A stretch of 57,577 nt of DNA from Clostridia bacterium (GTDB lineage: Bacteria > Bacillota > Sulfobacillia > JAJZYS01 > JAJYTV01). The notes beneath the pieces were generated by a model. The model made no database searches. It was not told the origin of the DNA and was given only the letters and a program-made list of their open reading frames with translations. The translations under genes were made by a program, and so were the position numbers. The stretch covers positions 1 to 57,577 of the forward strand of contig DAIBJA010000025.1 of the NCBI GenBank assembly GCA_027420455.1, written 5' to 3'. Positions 8,031 through 18,707 of this stretch are shown piece by piece; position 1 is the stretch's first letter, and the number at the start of each line of letters is the position of its first letter.

Positions 8031-8536
8031 CGCCAGAAGGCCGCGATTTGCAGCAGGCCTACCGCGACCAGGAACACCGTCGTCGTCCCTCCCCTTCCCA
8101 TGCAGCCGGTCATTTCCTTGCGCACGCTTTCGCGCTCGGACTCCCGGAACGCCCGCTGGGCATCCTTCAGGTGCTGCACCATCGGCCTGATGCGGCCAAG
8201 CTTCTTCATCGCCGCGGCCATGTTGTGGTGCGCCGAGGAGTAGTTCGGGTCGTAGGTCAGCGCTTCCTCGTAGTAGCGCAAGGCCTCCTCCGGGTTGCCG
8301 CGCTCCAGGAAGACGTTGCCGAGATTCGTCAGGGCAGGCGCGAACTTCGAGTCCAGGTCAAGTGATTGCCGGAACAATTGTTCTGCATCGTCGAAGTGCC
8401 CCAGGAGGGCCTGCAGCACGCCAAGCTTGTTCGGGCCTCGCGGGTCCTGCGGCTGCAGCTCCATGAACTGGAGATAGAGCGCCCGCGCCTGCTCGACATT
8501 GCCGCGCCGCTCCTCGTTTTGCGCTTCCACGTACAA
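8027..8536 (-). CDS. Tetratricopeptide repeat protein with C-terminal hydrophobic segment
   Basis: TPR patterns NKLGVLQALLGHFDDAEQLFRQSLDLD and TNLGNVFLERGNPEEALRYYEEALTYDP. Confidence 0.85.
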   Translation of the reverse strand: MYVEAQNEERRGNVEQARALYLQFMELQPQDPRGPNKLGVLQALLGHFDDAEQLFRQSLDLDSKFAPALTNLGNVFLERGNPEEALRYYEEALTYDPNYSSAHHNMAAAMKKLGRIRPMVQHLKDAQRAFRESERESVRKEMTGCMGRGGTTTVFLVAVGLLQIAAFWR

Positions 8537-8567
8537 GCTTTCCGCTTCGTCCCGCGGCAGGGTGCCT

Positions 8568-9533
8568 TCACCGTCCTTGTCGGTTCGGTCCGCCTCGGTC
8601 TGCCAGAGCAGACGGCCAGACCAGTGCCAGCAGCCATATTAGAGCCAGGAGGGCCATGGCGGGATAGGCCCGGTCGACGATCGCCTGCACGCCCAGCATC
8701 GACGCGAGCCAAGCCAGGCCCGCGGTCGTCCAGACACCGCCGAAGAGATCCGTGGCGGCCTGGAGAAACGATGCCGCGGCCGAAAGGCTGGCTAGGCCGA
8801 TCGCCAGTTCAACGCCTAGCGCCAGGGCGCCATGAACCCGCAGAGCGATCTCGCGCAAGGGCAGGTCCGCGCCGGCCACGGTCACGCCCGACCGCGCCAG
8901 CACTGCCGCCTCCAACGTTAGCAGGAGACCGGCGGCTAGTCCACCTAGCAAGGCACCGCGCTGTCCCCGGACACCCTGCCCGGTCGCGGAGCGGCGAACG
9001 CCATCGCTGGCGAGCGCGATGTTGTAGGCTGCGTAGCCGAATACGGCCAGGATGGCCTGAAGCGGAGCCACGGCATGCGGCAGTCCCTCTGGGGGAAGGC
9101 GCACGACGCCGAGCAGGGCCGTCACGGCGACGGCCAGTACGACCAGTACCAGCATGAAACCTTGCCAGCGGCGCAAGGCGGACGTCCCATGCCGCTGCAC
9201 GACCGCTGTCAGCGTGGCCGCGGCCGCGCCGCCCAGAACGGGGCTCAGGCCGAACCGCGCGTGCGCGAGACTCGCGAGGGCCGCAAGGACGGCGGAGAGG
9301 GTGATAAAGCTGAAGACGGCGATCACCGCGGTCCAGATCGGGGCGACGCGAGGCACGGAGGCTGCCGTCTGCGCCGTGCGCCAGGCCCCGAGGCCGAGCA
9401 GGAGAGCGGCGCCCAAAGCGAGGAGGCTGCCCGTCGCCCCGTGCATGGCGAAGAACACCCAAATCTCCCGACCGGAGACGAACCCGGCCCCGACAACGGC
9501 TGCAAACGCGGCGATCGCGGACTCCCAGGCCAT
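8568..9533 (-). CDS. YkvI-family membrane protein
   Basis: N-terminal AVVGAGFVSGREIWVFF motif and many TM segments. Divergent from yyaC. Confidence 0.8.
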   Translation of the reverse strand: MAWESAIAAFAAVVGAGFVSGREIWVFFAMHGATGSLLALGAALLLGLGAWRTAQTAASVPRVAPIWTAVIAVFSFITLSAVLAALASLAHARFGLSPVLGGAAAATLTAVVQRHGTSALRRWQGFMLVLVVLAVAVTALLGVVRLPPEGLPHAVAPLQAILAVFGYAAYNIALASDGVRRSATGQGVRGQRGALLGGLAAGLLLTLEAAVLARSGVTVAGADLPLREIALRVHGALALGVELAIGLASLSAAASFLQAATDLFGGVWTTAGLAWLASMLGVQAIVDRAYPAMALLALIWLLALVWPSALADRGGPNRQGR

Positions 9534-9603
9534 GCCCACCACCCTGGCAAGGCTATGCGGCGGCAAGTGTATACCTGCCGGAGGGCGGCCATATACTCGC
9601 GAC

Positions 9604-10200
9604 ATGCAAGAGCACCACGGCCGTCAGCAGAGGATGCGCGTGCGGCCGGAAGACCCGCGCGCCGCGGCCTTGCTGGCCGCGCACCTACAGCGTGAACTCA
9701 GCACCCTGCGCAGGCTCAGCGGACCGGCTACGATCGTCTGCGTAGGTACGGACAGGTCGACCGGCGATGCTCTCGGCCCGCTCGTCGGCACCTTGCTGAC
9801 GCAGTCCATGGAGCCGCTGCCGTTCGCCGTCCTCGGCAATCTGCAGGCGCCGGTGCACGCCGGCAACCTGCATGAGCTCCTGCCCCGTCTGCAGGCGGCG
9901 GCCGCCCAGGGCCCTGTCGTGGCCATCGACGCATGCCTGGGCAGCTTTGAGAGTGTAGGCAGCGTGCAGGTGCAACGCGGGCCGCTGAGGCCCGGTGCGG
10001 GGGTGCGCAAGGAATTGCCCCCGATCGGCGATGTCGCCGTCATGGCGACCGTCAACGTCGGGGGCTTCATGGAGTATGTGGTCCTGCAGAATACGCGGCT
10101 CGGACTCGTCTATGACATGGCCGCCATGATCGCGGACTCGCTCAGGATCGCTCTGGGCGCGGTTCGTTCTCCAAGCGGCGCAGTATTTCCTCCGCCGTGA
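9604..10200 (+). CDS. yyaC: Spore protease YyaC (DUF1256)
   Basis: CVGTDRSTGDALGPLVG, PVHAGNL, AIDACLG, PGAGVRKELP, LQNTRL. Start at 9604 or 9634. Confidence 0.93.
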   Translation: MQEHHGRQQRMRVRPEDPRAAALLAAHLQRELSTLRRLSGPATIVCVGTDRSTGDALGPLVGTLLTQSMEPLPFAVLGNLQAPVHAGNLHELLPRLQAAAAQGPVVAIDACLGSFESVGSVQVQRGPLRPGAGVRKELPPIGDVAVMATVNVGGFMEYVVLQNTRLGLVYDMAAMIADSLRIALGAVRSPSGAVFPPP

Positions 10201-10390
10201 GTCCCTGGGCCTGAATCACCGGGACATCAAGCTCGATGGTCTCGTCGCCGAACAGGTCGTCATCCTGACCCGTCAGAACGACGGCGTCCACCGCCGCCTC
10301 CCAGGCCTCTTCAAGCGGAACCACCTGCCAGCCGCGAGCCTCCACGGCCCTGCGGACCTGGCTTAGCCCGTCTTCGATGGCCACGCGCAA
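10142..10390 (-). CDS. YkuS/UPF0180 family protein
   Basis: RVAIEDGLSQV...DAVVLTGQDDDLFG...PVIQAQGLTAEEI. Confidence 0.85.
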   Translation of the reverse strand: MRVAIEDGLSQVRRAVEARGWQVVPLEEAWEAAVDAVVLTGQDDDLFGDETIELDVPVIQAQGLTAEEILRRLENEPRPERS

Positions 10391-10408
10391 AGCCTCATCA
10401 CCCCGGGC

Positions 10409-11368
10409 TTATTCTGCCTGCGGGGCTCCGGCTCCATGCAGGGCCGTCGTCGGCAGGGCGGCCGGGACGGCTCTCTGCGGACCATAGACGAAGTTCACCG
10501 CACCAGGAATAATGCCAAACTCTACGGGCGTCGTCCCGTTCAACTCGCCGTCGCGATGGACCGATGCGGCCGGTTCGGCCTCGATCGTCAGGGTCCGGCA
10601 GCGGACGACGCGAATCTTGGGGCTGCTCAGATGTCCCCCGCCATAAACGCGGGGGAGCAGGCCAAGCGTCTGCGGCACGCTGTAGTCACCCGCGAGCATC
10701 ACGTCGAGCATCCCGTCGTCCAGGCTGGCCGTCGGGACGATGCGCATGCCGCCTCCGTAGTACTGGGCGTTGCCGACCGCGACAAGCAGGAACCGTCCGT
10801 CGAATACCTGGCCGTCGGCTACGATCCGCATCTGCCGCGCGCGATACTGCCACAGCACATGCATCACCGCGCGGATGTACGGGACGGTGCCGGTCGAACT
10901 GTAGCGGTCGCGCAGGCGGTGGTCCTCCGCCGCGACCTCCGCGTCGAAGCCGACGCCTGCGACGTTGAGGAAGGTCGTGCCGCCGACCGTACCGAGGTCC
11001 GCGGGACTCGCCGGGCCGGCCAGAGCCAGTTCGGCTGCCGCCAGCACGTCCGAGGGGACACCGGACGTACGGCGGAAGTCGCAGCCGGCCCCCGTGGGCA
11101 CGAAGGCAAGGCTCGTGCGTCCCTGCGCGTGCCGGACGCCGTCCGCGACCTCGGCCAGGGTGCCGTCGCCACCGACGGCCACCACGCGGCCGTAGCCTTC
11201 CGCTTGCGCCTCTTGCGCGATGCGGGTGGCGTCGAGCGGAGCGGCTGTCACGGCCATCTCGATCTCATCGCTGCCATGGGCCTGCTGAATCTGCTGCCAC
11301 ACCAGCGGCCAACTGCGCTGCGTGCGGCCCCGTCCCGCGACATAGTTGACGATGAACAGCGTCTTCAC
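10409..11368 (-). CDS. Diacylglycerol/lipid kinase family protein (YegS/BmrU-like)
   Basis: AVGGDGT, FLNVAGVGFDA, NAQYYGGG, DGE motifs. Confidence 0.9.
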   Translation of the reverse strand: MKTLFIVNYVAGRGRTQRSWPLVWQQIQQAHGSDEIEMAVTAAPLDATRIAQEAQAEGYGRVVAVGGDGTLAEVADGVRHAQGRTSLAFVPTGAGCDFRRTSGVPSDVLAAAELALAGPASPADLGTVGGTTFLNVAGVGFDAEVAAEDHRLRDRYSSTGTVPYIRAVMHVLWQYRARQMRIVADGQVFDGRFLLVAVGNAQYYGGGMRIVPTASLDDGMLDVMLAGDYSVPQTLGLLPRVYGGGHLSSPKIRVVRCRTLTIEAEPAASVHRDGELNGTTPVEFGIIPGAVNFVYGPQRAVPAALPTTALHGAGAPQAE

Positions 11369-11880
11369 ACGGCGTGCACCTCGTGCTTCGAGTCAATAGC
11401 TGCACCTATCGCCGCCCGCTCCTCCTCCGACAGAGGGTAGCGAGAGGCGCCAGACGCCACTGGTTTGGCGTAGATGCGGGTTTCCTCGCGACCGTAAAGG
11501 CCCGAGATGACGACGCCGTCGTCCTCCGCGTCGAGCAACGCCACGCTGAACGAAAGCTCGGCTCCGGCTCCGGGGAAGGCGTTGTAGCGCACCACCCCGA
11601 CGCGCTGGAGCGCACGGCGCATCAGCACCTCCACGCCGTCCAGCCTGGCCGAGGCGCTGGCCACGCCCGCTTGCGCCTCACGCAGGGCCTGCCACTGTTC
11701 ATGCAGCAGGGTCTCCACGTCCGTAGCCTGCCCACCTCGCAGCAGGTGGTCGAGCCGGCGCCGCAGGCGGCGCGCCGCGGCAAGGCTCATAAGGCCCGCA
11801 ATCAGGGCGATGACTCCTACGACCAGCCCTGCCGCACCGATCAGCGCCAGCCAAGGCGCCAGTCGGATCAACTCAGGCAA
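11365..11880 (-). CDS. DUF4446 family protein
   Basis: N-terminal TM, then VGVVRYNAF, LSFSVALLD, GREETRIYAKP, LSEEE. Usual neighbour of parB. Confidence 0.85.
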   Translation of the reverse strand: MPELIRLAPWLALIGAAGLVVGVIALIAGLMSLAAARRLRRRLDHLLRGGQATDVETLLHEQWQALREAQAGVASASARLDGVEVLMRRALQRVGVVRYNAFPGAGAELSFSVALLDAEDDGVVISGLYGREETRIYAKPVASGASRYPLSEEERAAIGAAIDSKHEVHAV

Positions 11881-11897
11881 CCCGCTTCCCCCTCGAA

Positions 11898-11913
11898 TGT
11901 TTCACGTGAAACA
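11898..11913. promoter_or_regulatory. parS centromere site
   Basis: Perfect palindrome TGTTTCACGTGAAACA, 2 bp after the parB stop codon. Confidence 0.97.
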
Positions 11914-12723
11914 ATTTAGTCCTCCTCGGGAACGAAGCGCGCCACAAGCCGCGCCAGGTCCTCCTCGCTGCGGAACCGGATCTCCACCGCGCCGCCGCGA
12001 GCGCCGGCCCGGATGCGCACCGGCATCTCCAGAGCGCCACTAAGGCGCTCCTCCCACCGCGCGACCCGCCCTGCGGGCTTCGCCGGCTTTGGCCGCGCCT
12101 GCGTGGCCGGCTTGCGCGCCAGTTCCTCCACCTCGCGAACGCTGAGCTGCCGGGCGACCGCTTCCATCGCGGCAACCACCTGGCGGCCCGGAGGCAATCC
12201 CAGAATCGCACGCGCGTGGCCCGCAGACAAGGACCCTTTGCGGACAAGGTCCTTAACTTCTTCTGGAAGTCCGAGCAGACGCAGGCTGTTCGCCACTGCG
12301 GAGCGGCTTCGGCCGATCACCTGCGCGAGCTCCTCCTGGCGAAGGTCCCGCGTGTCGGCGAGACGCTGGATCGCCTCCGCCTCCTCGAGCGGGTTGAGGT
12401 CCTCACGTTGCAGGTTCTCCACAAGCGCAATTTCAAGAAGGCGCCCATCGTCGCACGCTCGCAGGACGACGGGTACCTCGCTGAGCCCCGCCATCTGCGC
12501 GGCGCGCCAGCGCCGCTCTCCCGCGATCAGTTCGTACCCTGTGGCCGCGGCCCGGACCACCAGCGGCTGCAGGACCCCATGGCGCGAAATCGAGTCGGCC
12601 AGCTCCCTGAGCGCTCCCTCGTCGAATTCCCGTCGCGGCTGGTATGGATTAGGGCGGATCGCGCTGACCGCGACCTGCTGCAGTCCCTCGTCCGGCGCCA
12701 CCCGCACCTCGGGGATCAGCGCC

Positions 12724-13515
<792 letters not shown>

Positions 13516-13521
13516 TCCTCC

Positions 13522-14271
13522 TCAGCGCCGGGGTATGCGCAGCCGCAGCTCGAGCGCATCCTCGGACGCCTCTTCCAACAGTTCCACGGCCACGCCGGCT
13601 GCCTGAAGCCGTTGCACGCTCTCACGCAACGCGTTGACCACGATGCGAACGTCCTTGACGTAGCGACGGGGCATTTCCCGGGAAATAGTTCGCACGCGCT
13701 CCTCGAGCTCTCGCGCCGTCCAACCCTCACGCGCGGCTTGCCGCGCCAGTTCAAGTCGGGTCACGCCAGCCACACGCAGCAGCGCGCGCAAGTGACGCTC
13801 GCCGAGTCCCCCCGCCTGCGCCAGTTCGCGGATCTCGTCCCCGAGGCGGAGCAGGCGGAGCTTGTTCGCTATGGCCGCCTGGCTCTTCCCGACGCGCTTG
13901 CCGAGTTCCGTCTGCGATAGGCCGAACTCCTGCATCACGCGCCGGTAACCCTCGGCCTCCTCGAACACGCCGAGGTCGCTGCGCTGAAGGTTCTCCACGA
14001 GCCCCCGCACGGCGCTCTCGACTGAGGTTGCCTCCTCGACGATCGCAGGGATGCTGGTCAGGCCGGCAGCCAGTGCCGCACGCAGCCGCCGTTCGCCGGC
14101 GATCAACTCGAGCCCGTCCTCGGCTCGGCGAACCACGATCGGCTGCAGCATACCGTGCAGGCGCAAAGACTGCGCGAGCCCTTCGAGCGCTCGCGCATCA
14201 AAGTCCTTCCGTGCCTGATGCGGACTTCGCCGGACGTGCTCCGGGTCCACCGCGATCAGTTCGGGCGGCAC
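13522..14271 (-). CDS. noc: Nucleoid occlusion protein Noc (ParB paralogue)
   Basis: GERRLRA, ENLQRSDL, GKSQAAIANKLRLL, TERHARALL-like GERHLRALL, KDVRIVVN. Located between rsmG and parA. GTG 14271 after GGAGG (ORF track starts at 14286). Confidence 0.85.
   Translation of the reverse strand: MPPELIAVDPEHVRRSPHQARKDFDARALEGLAQSLRLHGMLQPIVVRRAEDGLELIAGERRLRAALAAGLTSIPAIVEEATSVESAVRGLVENLQRSDLGVFEEAEGYRRVMQEFGLSQTELGKRVGKSQAAIANKLRLLRLGDEIRELAQAGGLGERHLRALLRVAGVTRLELARQAAREGWTARELEERVRTISREMPRRYVKDVRIVVNALRESVQRLQAAGVAVELLEEASEDALELRLRIPRR
13673..13686. promoter_or_regulatory. Noc-binding sequence (NBS)
   Basis: Perfect palindrome ATTTCCCGGGAAAT, identical to the B. subtilis NBS consensus, inside the noc coding sequence. 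Confidence 0.8.
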
Positions 14272-14295
14272 AGGCAAACCTCCCAATGACTTGGG

Positions 14296-15045
14296 CTATT
14301 CGCCTTCCCCTGCGCCTTCCCTTTCCGCGGCGGCCCTTTGCGACGGGAACTCCCGCTTGAGCCGCGCAAAGGAGATCGGACGCCCCGCGGGCGTCGGTCG
14401 CTCCTTGCGGTAGATCAGCAACGTCCGCTCGATACCCTCCGCGAGGCGATAGCTCCTGCGCTCGACGCCAGCGAAACCCATCCGCGCCGCGACGCCCGCC
14501 GCTGCGGCGGCTTCCTCTCCGGCCCTGCCCGGCTCGCCCTTCAGAAGACAGAGCAGCCCGCCAGGGCGCACCAGACCACCACACACTTCGACGGCGACCG
14601 GCGCACTCGCCACCGCCCGCGCCGTCACCAGGGGAAACCCATCCCGCAGCGCCCCGCGCGCCTCGTCCTCTGCCCGCGCCCAGCGTACCGCCGCGTCGAG
14701 TTCGAGTTGCCCGACCACGGACTGCAGGAATTCGACCTTGCGCTTCTCGGCCTCCACCAGCGTCGCCCGCGGCGCATAGCCCGCCGCCAGCCAGACGATC
14801 ACTGGCAGGCCCCCGCCGCTGCCGACGTCCAGGATGTCCTGTGGGTCTACCGCCAAGGTCCGCCACGCCAGGAGGCTGTCCAGGATGCCCTCGCGCAGAA
14901 AAACGTCAGGCGAGCGCAGCGCAGTGAGATTCTGCGTCGCGTTCGCCTCCGCGAGTAACGCCTGGTAGTTGAGGACCCGCAGGATGGCCGCCTCGTCCAG
15001 CACGATGCCCGACTCCTGCAGGAGGGCGGCGAGCTCTGCTCTCAC
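14296..15045 (-). CDS. rsmG: 16S rRNA m7G527 methyltransferase RsmG (GidB)
   Basis: NLTA, LDSL, LDVGSGGGLP, ARAED, VTARAVA motifs. Confidence 0.93.
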   Translation of the reverse strand: MRAELAALLQESGIVLDEAAILRVLNYQALLAEANATQNLTALRSPDVFLREGILDSLLAWRTLAVDPQDILDVGSGGGLPVIVWLAAGYAPRATLVEAEKRKVEFLQSVVGQLELDAAVRWARAEDEARGALRDGFPLVTARAVASAPVAVEVCGGLVRPGGLLCLLKGEPGRAGEEAAAAAGVAARMGFAGVERRSYRLAEGIERTLLIYRKERPTPAGRPISFARLKREFPSQRAAAEREGAGEGE

Positions 15046-15656
15046 CGCTTCTGCACGACCACCTGCCGGTGCGGATCCTCGCCACGGCTCTGGCTCTGCA
15101 GGTCGGGGTACTCCTGGATCACGCTGTGGATGATGCGCCGCTCGCTGGCGGGCATCACCTCGAGCACCGATTCCTCGCCCGACTCGCGCACGCGCGCCGC
15201 GACCTCGCGGGCCATCTTCTCGAGCGCCTCGCGGCGCTGGGCCCGGTAACCGCCGACGTCGAGCACGATGCGCTCGCCGCCCTTCTTGCCGACAGCCGCC
15301 GCCACCACGTACTGCAGAGCGTCGAGGGCCTCGCCACGCCTACGCACGAACCAGCCGAAATCGCCGTCGACCGCGATCAGGACGTGGTCCTCATCCCGGC
15401 TGACACTCGGCTCCACCTCGGTGCCAAGCTCCTTGAAGAAGCCCTTGACGAGATCCGCCGCGCGTTCCCCGACGGACTCCCGCCGTCGCGCGCGAACCCG
15501 CCACGGACGCGAAAACAGGCCGAGCATGCCGGCCTTGCCCTCTTGAAGGATCGTGAACTCGATGTCCTCCATGAGCGCGCCAAGTCGGCCCTCGGCCCGG
15601 ATCTTCGCTTCTTCGAGCGTCTGCCCTTCGACCTCGATCTCTTCCAGTTCGTCCAT
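15042..15656 (-). CDS. jag: Jag/EloR/KhpB RNA-binding protein
   Basis: Jag_N (EGQTLEEA...QEGKAGMLGLF), KH (LDALQY), R3H (ERRIIH; SRGEDPHRQVV). Confidence 0.92.
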   Translation of the reverse strand: MDELEEIEVEGQTLEEAKIRAEGRLGALMEDIEFTILQEGKAGMLGLFSRPWRVRARRRESVGERAADLVKGFFKELGTEVEPSVSRDEDHVLIAVDGDFGWFVRRRGEALDALQYVVAAAVGKKGGERIVLDVGGYRAQRREALEKMAREVAARVRESGEESVLEVMPASERRIIHSVIQEYPDLQSQSRGEDPHRQVVVQKR

Positions 15657-15657
15657 G

Positions 15658-16311
15658 CTACTTCTGCACCTTTGCCGCCGACGCTTGCGGTCTGCCGACT
15701 CCGCTCAAGTAGCTCTGGCCCACCGTGAACAGGGTGGCCACGGCCCAATAGAGCGAGAGTCCGCTGGCGTAGCGCATGCTGATGAAGAACAGCAAGGCCG
15801 GCATCATGATGTACGTGATCATCTGCTGCGAGCGGTCCGTTCCCGCCCTGGGCATCGTCACGAACGTCTGCCACAGGGTGGTGCCGGCCACGATGACCGG
15901 CAGGATGTAGTAGGGGTCCGGCAGCGATAGGCTCGGCAGCCACAGGAACGCCTTCGAGCCGATGTAGGGGAAGTGCTCGAGACCAGCAAACAGAGCGTAA
16001 AGGATTGGCAACTGCACGATCATCGGGATGCACCCCGCAAGCGGATTCGTGCCGACCCGCTTGTAGAGGTCCATCATTTCCTGGTTGAGGCGCTGCGGGT
16101 CCTTCTTGTACTTCTCCTGCAGGCGCTTCATCTCGGGCTGCAATTCCTGCATCTTGCGCATGTAGCGCAACTGACCGTGGTACAGCGGCATGATGACCAC
16201 GCGCACCACGATCGTCAGCAGGATGATCGCGAGGCCGTAACTGTGGGTGATGTTGTAGAAGAACTGCATCACCCACTGCATACCCGAGACCAGCGCGTTA
16301 AACAGCGCCAA
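15658..16311 (-). CDS. yidC: Membrane protein insertase YidC/SpoIIIJ (short form)
   Basis: YGLAIILLTIVVR, KMQELQPE, NPLAGCIPMIVQLPI, GLSLYW. Confidence 0.96.
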   Translation of the reverse strand: MALFNALVSGMQWVMQFFYNITHSYGLAIILLTIVVRVVIMPLYHGQLRYMRKMQELQPEMKRLQEKYKKDPQRLNQEMMDLYKRVGTNPLAGCIPMIVQLPILYALFAGLEHFPYIGSKAFLWLPSLSLPDPYYILPVIVAGTTLWQTFVTMPRAGTDRSQQMITYIMMPALLFFISMRYASGLSLYWAVATLFTVGQSYLSGVGRPQASAAKVQK

Positions 16312-16332
16312 GACTGTATCTCCTTCCGCCTG

Positions 16333-16656
16333 CTAGGGAACAGGGTCCCATCCGCCAGGATGGAACGGGTGACACCGCAGCAGTCTCTTGATGGCCATGA
16401 GCCCGCCCTTGCGCGCGCCGTAGCGCTCGATGGCGGTGAGGGCGTATTGCGAGCAGGTTGGCGTATACCGGCAGTGTGGCCCTGACAGGGGTGAGATGTA
16501 GCGTCGATAGAACCGGATCAGGGAGGTCAGGGCTGCGACGGCGGCGCCGTGCGCCGAACCTCCTCCGCCTTGCGCAGCAGCTCGCGGAGAGCCGAGCAGA
16601 GGTCCTCGAAGGAGGCCATGCCCGTCTCCGGCCTGGCCAGAAGCACCAGATCGCAT
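16333..16656 (-). CDS. yidD: Membrane protein insertion efficiency factor YidD
   Basis: [38 protein letters not shown]. Start is uncertain: the only in-frame ATG (16656) lies deep inside rnpA. Confidence 0.9.
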   Translation of the reverse strand: MRSGASGQAGDGHGLLRGPLLGSPRAAAQGGGGSAHGAAVAALTSLIRFYRRYISPLSGPHCRYTPTCSQYALTAIERYGARKGGLMAIKRLLRCHPFHPGGWDPVP

Positions 16657-16886
16657 CCGCGCAAAAACTCCTTCCGCTCTCTTCTGTAGGCCTCGCGCAT
16701 CCTGCGCCGAAGCCGGTTCCGCTGCACCGCCCCGCCCAGCTTCTTGCCGGCCGCAAAAGCACAGCGCCGCCGGCCTTCCTCTCCCTCGCTGACGAAGAGG
16801 ATAAGGCGGCGGTTCGCGAAGCGGACTCCGCGAGCGAAGACCGACTGCACGGCAGCCGGCCGGCGCAGCCTCTCCTCCTGAATCAC
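16527..16886 (-). CDS. rnpA: Ribonuclease P protein component
   Basis: [21 protein letters not shown] (RNR motif), immediately after rpmH. Confidence 0.95.
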   Translation of the reverse strand: MIQEERLRRPAAVQSVFARGVRFANRRLILFVSEGEEGRRRCAFAAGKKLGGAVQRNRLRRRMREAYRRERKEFLRGCDLVLLARPETGMASFEDLCSALRELLRKAEEVRRTAPPSQP

Positions 16887-16887
16887 G

Positions 16888-17022
16888 CTAGGCGGAGAGA
16901 CGCTTGCGCCCCTTGAGCCGGCGTGCCTGCAGCACGTTGCGCCCGTTCTTGGTCTTCATGCGCAGGCGGAAGCCATGCACCTTCGAGCGACGGCGCCTGT
17001 TCGGCTGGAATGTCCTCTTCAC
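16888..17022 (-). CDS. rpmH: 50S ribosomal protein L34
   Basis: Below the ORF-track cutoff. Hand translation [47 protein letters not shown] start after GGAGGTG. Confidence 0.98.
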   Translation of the reverse strand: MKRTFQPNRRRRSKVHGFRLRMKTKNGRNVLQARRLKGRKRLSA

Positions 17023-17175
17023 CCTGTCCACCTCCGGGAGCAAAAGCATTAGGATTGTAGTGGTCGGATGCGGTTCGTGTCAAGGCAGGACACGCCTTCC
17101 ACTTCTTGCCCCGAGACCGCACGTTTGCTATCATCGGGGGGCCACCCTCGTGACAACAACGGGCGGCCATTTTCA

Positions 17176-17219
17176 TTATCCACAGCTTGTGGACAACGCT
17201 GTTGATAAGGTGTGGGTTT
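17176..17219. other. oriC part 1: DnaA-box cluster upstream of dnaA
   Basis: TTATCCACA (17176-84), TGTGGACAA (17188-96), TGTTGATAA (17200-08). Gene orientation switches here. Confidence 0.9.
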
Positions 17220-17360
17220 CTTATGAGGCCTGGGAACCGTTCCCGAATGCCCGATCCGTCCGAGATACTGCCGCTTCTGAGCGACGCGGAGATGCCCAAA
17301 GCCTCTGCATACGATTATAACCCGCAGGCGATCGCGCCAGACAAGGAGGGTCGGGCAGAC

Positions 17361-18707
17361 ATGGAAGACCGCGCTGAGGTCGTCTGGTCCAAGGCGCGGG
17401 CTCTGCTGCAGCGCATCCTACCCAGGCCAAGCTATGAAACATGGGTGCATCCCATGCGGCCGGTTGCCTTGGAGGATGGGGTACTTCTGCTGGCCGCGCC
17501 GTCCGAATCGACGTTCGGGGCGCTGGACGATCACCTCAGGGGGCAGATCGCGAAGGCCGTACAGGACGCCGCCGATGCGCCGTACGAGGTCCGCCTGACG
17601 GTCCAGGCGGGGGAACATCGACCGGCGCCCACACCGCTCTCGCCGCTTCCGCAGGTGCAGTCGTCGCCGCCCGTCGGCGGCGCACGCGTGACCATGCACC
17701 CGCGCTTCACCTTCGACAGTTACGTGGTGGGCAACTCGAACCGCCTCGCGCACGCCGCTTCCTTGGCCGTGGCCGAGATGCCCGGCCGGGCCTACAACCC
17801 GCTCTTCATCTACGGCGGCGTCGGCCTCGGCAAGACCCACCTGATGCAGGCGATCGGCAACCTTGCCCTGCAGCGGCGTCCGAATCTCAAGGTTTTGTAC
17901 GTCCCGGCGGAGACGTTCACGAATGACATGATCAACTCCGTCATGGATGGCAAGGGTTATGAATTCAGGAACCGTTACCGCTCCATCGACCTCCTGCTGA
18001 TCGACGACATCCAGTTCATCTCGGGCAAGGTCGGCACGCAGGAGGAGTTCTTCCACACCTTCGAGGCCCTCTACGGGGCCCAGAAACAGATCGTGATTTC
18101 CTCGGACAGACCACCGAAGGAGATCACGACCCTCGAGAGCCGTCTCAGATCCCGCTTCGAATGGGGGCTCATCACCGACATCCAGCCGCCCGACTTCGAG
18201 ATGCGTCTCGCCATCCTGCGCAAGAAGGCCCTGGCGGACAACCTCGACGTCGACCACGCCGCCCTCGAGTTCATCGCGACGCACATCGAAACGAACATTC
18301 GCGAACTCGAGGGAGCACTTATACGTTTCATTGCATACTGCTCGGTCCATCACGTCCCGTTCACCCGGGACTACGCTCCTGTCGCCCTGCACGACCTCCT
18401 GCCGGCCCAGAAGGTGCGCAAGGTGACCATTCCCATGATCCAGCAGCAGGTCGCGGAGTACTACAGTCTCGATATCCAGGATTTCAGCGCCAAGAAGCGC
18501 ACCCGGGCCGTTTCCTACCCGCGCCAGATCGCCATGTACCTCGCCCGCGAACTCACCGACAGCTCCCTGCCCAAGATCGGCGAGGAGTTCGGTGGCCGCG
18601 ACCACTCCACGGTCATGCACGCGTGCGACAAGATCTCCACCGATCTGCGCGCAGATCCCCAATTCCGCCAGGTGGTCGACTCGATCATCGACAGGATCCG
18701 TTCCTGA
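17361..18707 (+). CDS. dnaA: Chromosomal replication initiator DnaA
   Basis: [47 protein letters not shown] 17361 after AAGGAGG. Confidence 0.99.
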   Translation: MEDRAEVVWSKARALLQRILPRPSYETWVHPMRPVALEDGVLLLAAPSESTFGALDDHLRGQIAKAVQDAADAPYEVRLTVQAGEHRPAPTPLSPLPQVQSSPPVGGARVTMHPRFTFDSYVVGNSNRLAHAASLAVAEMPGRAYNPLFIYGGVGLGKTHLMQAIGNLALQRRPNLKVLYVPAETFTNDMINSVMDGKGYEFRNRYRSIDLLLIDDIQFISGKVGTQEEFFHTFEALYGAQKQIVISSDRPPKEITTLESRLRSRFEWGLITDIQPPDFEMRLAILRKKALADNLDVDHAALEFIATHIETNIRELEGALIRFIAYCSVHHVPFTRDYAPVALHDLLPAQKVRKVTIPMIQQQVAEYYSLDIQDFSAKKRTRAVSYPRQIAMYLARELTDSSLPKIGEEFGGRDHSTVMHACDKISTDLRADPQFRQVVDSIIDRIRS

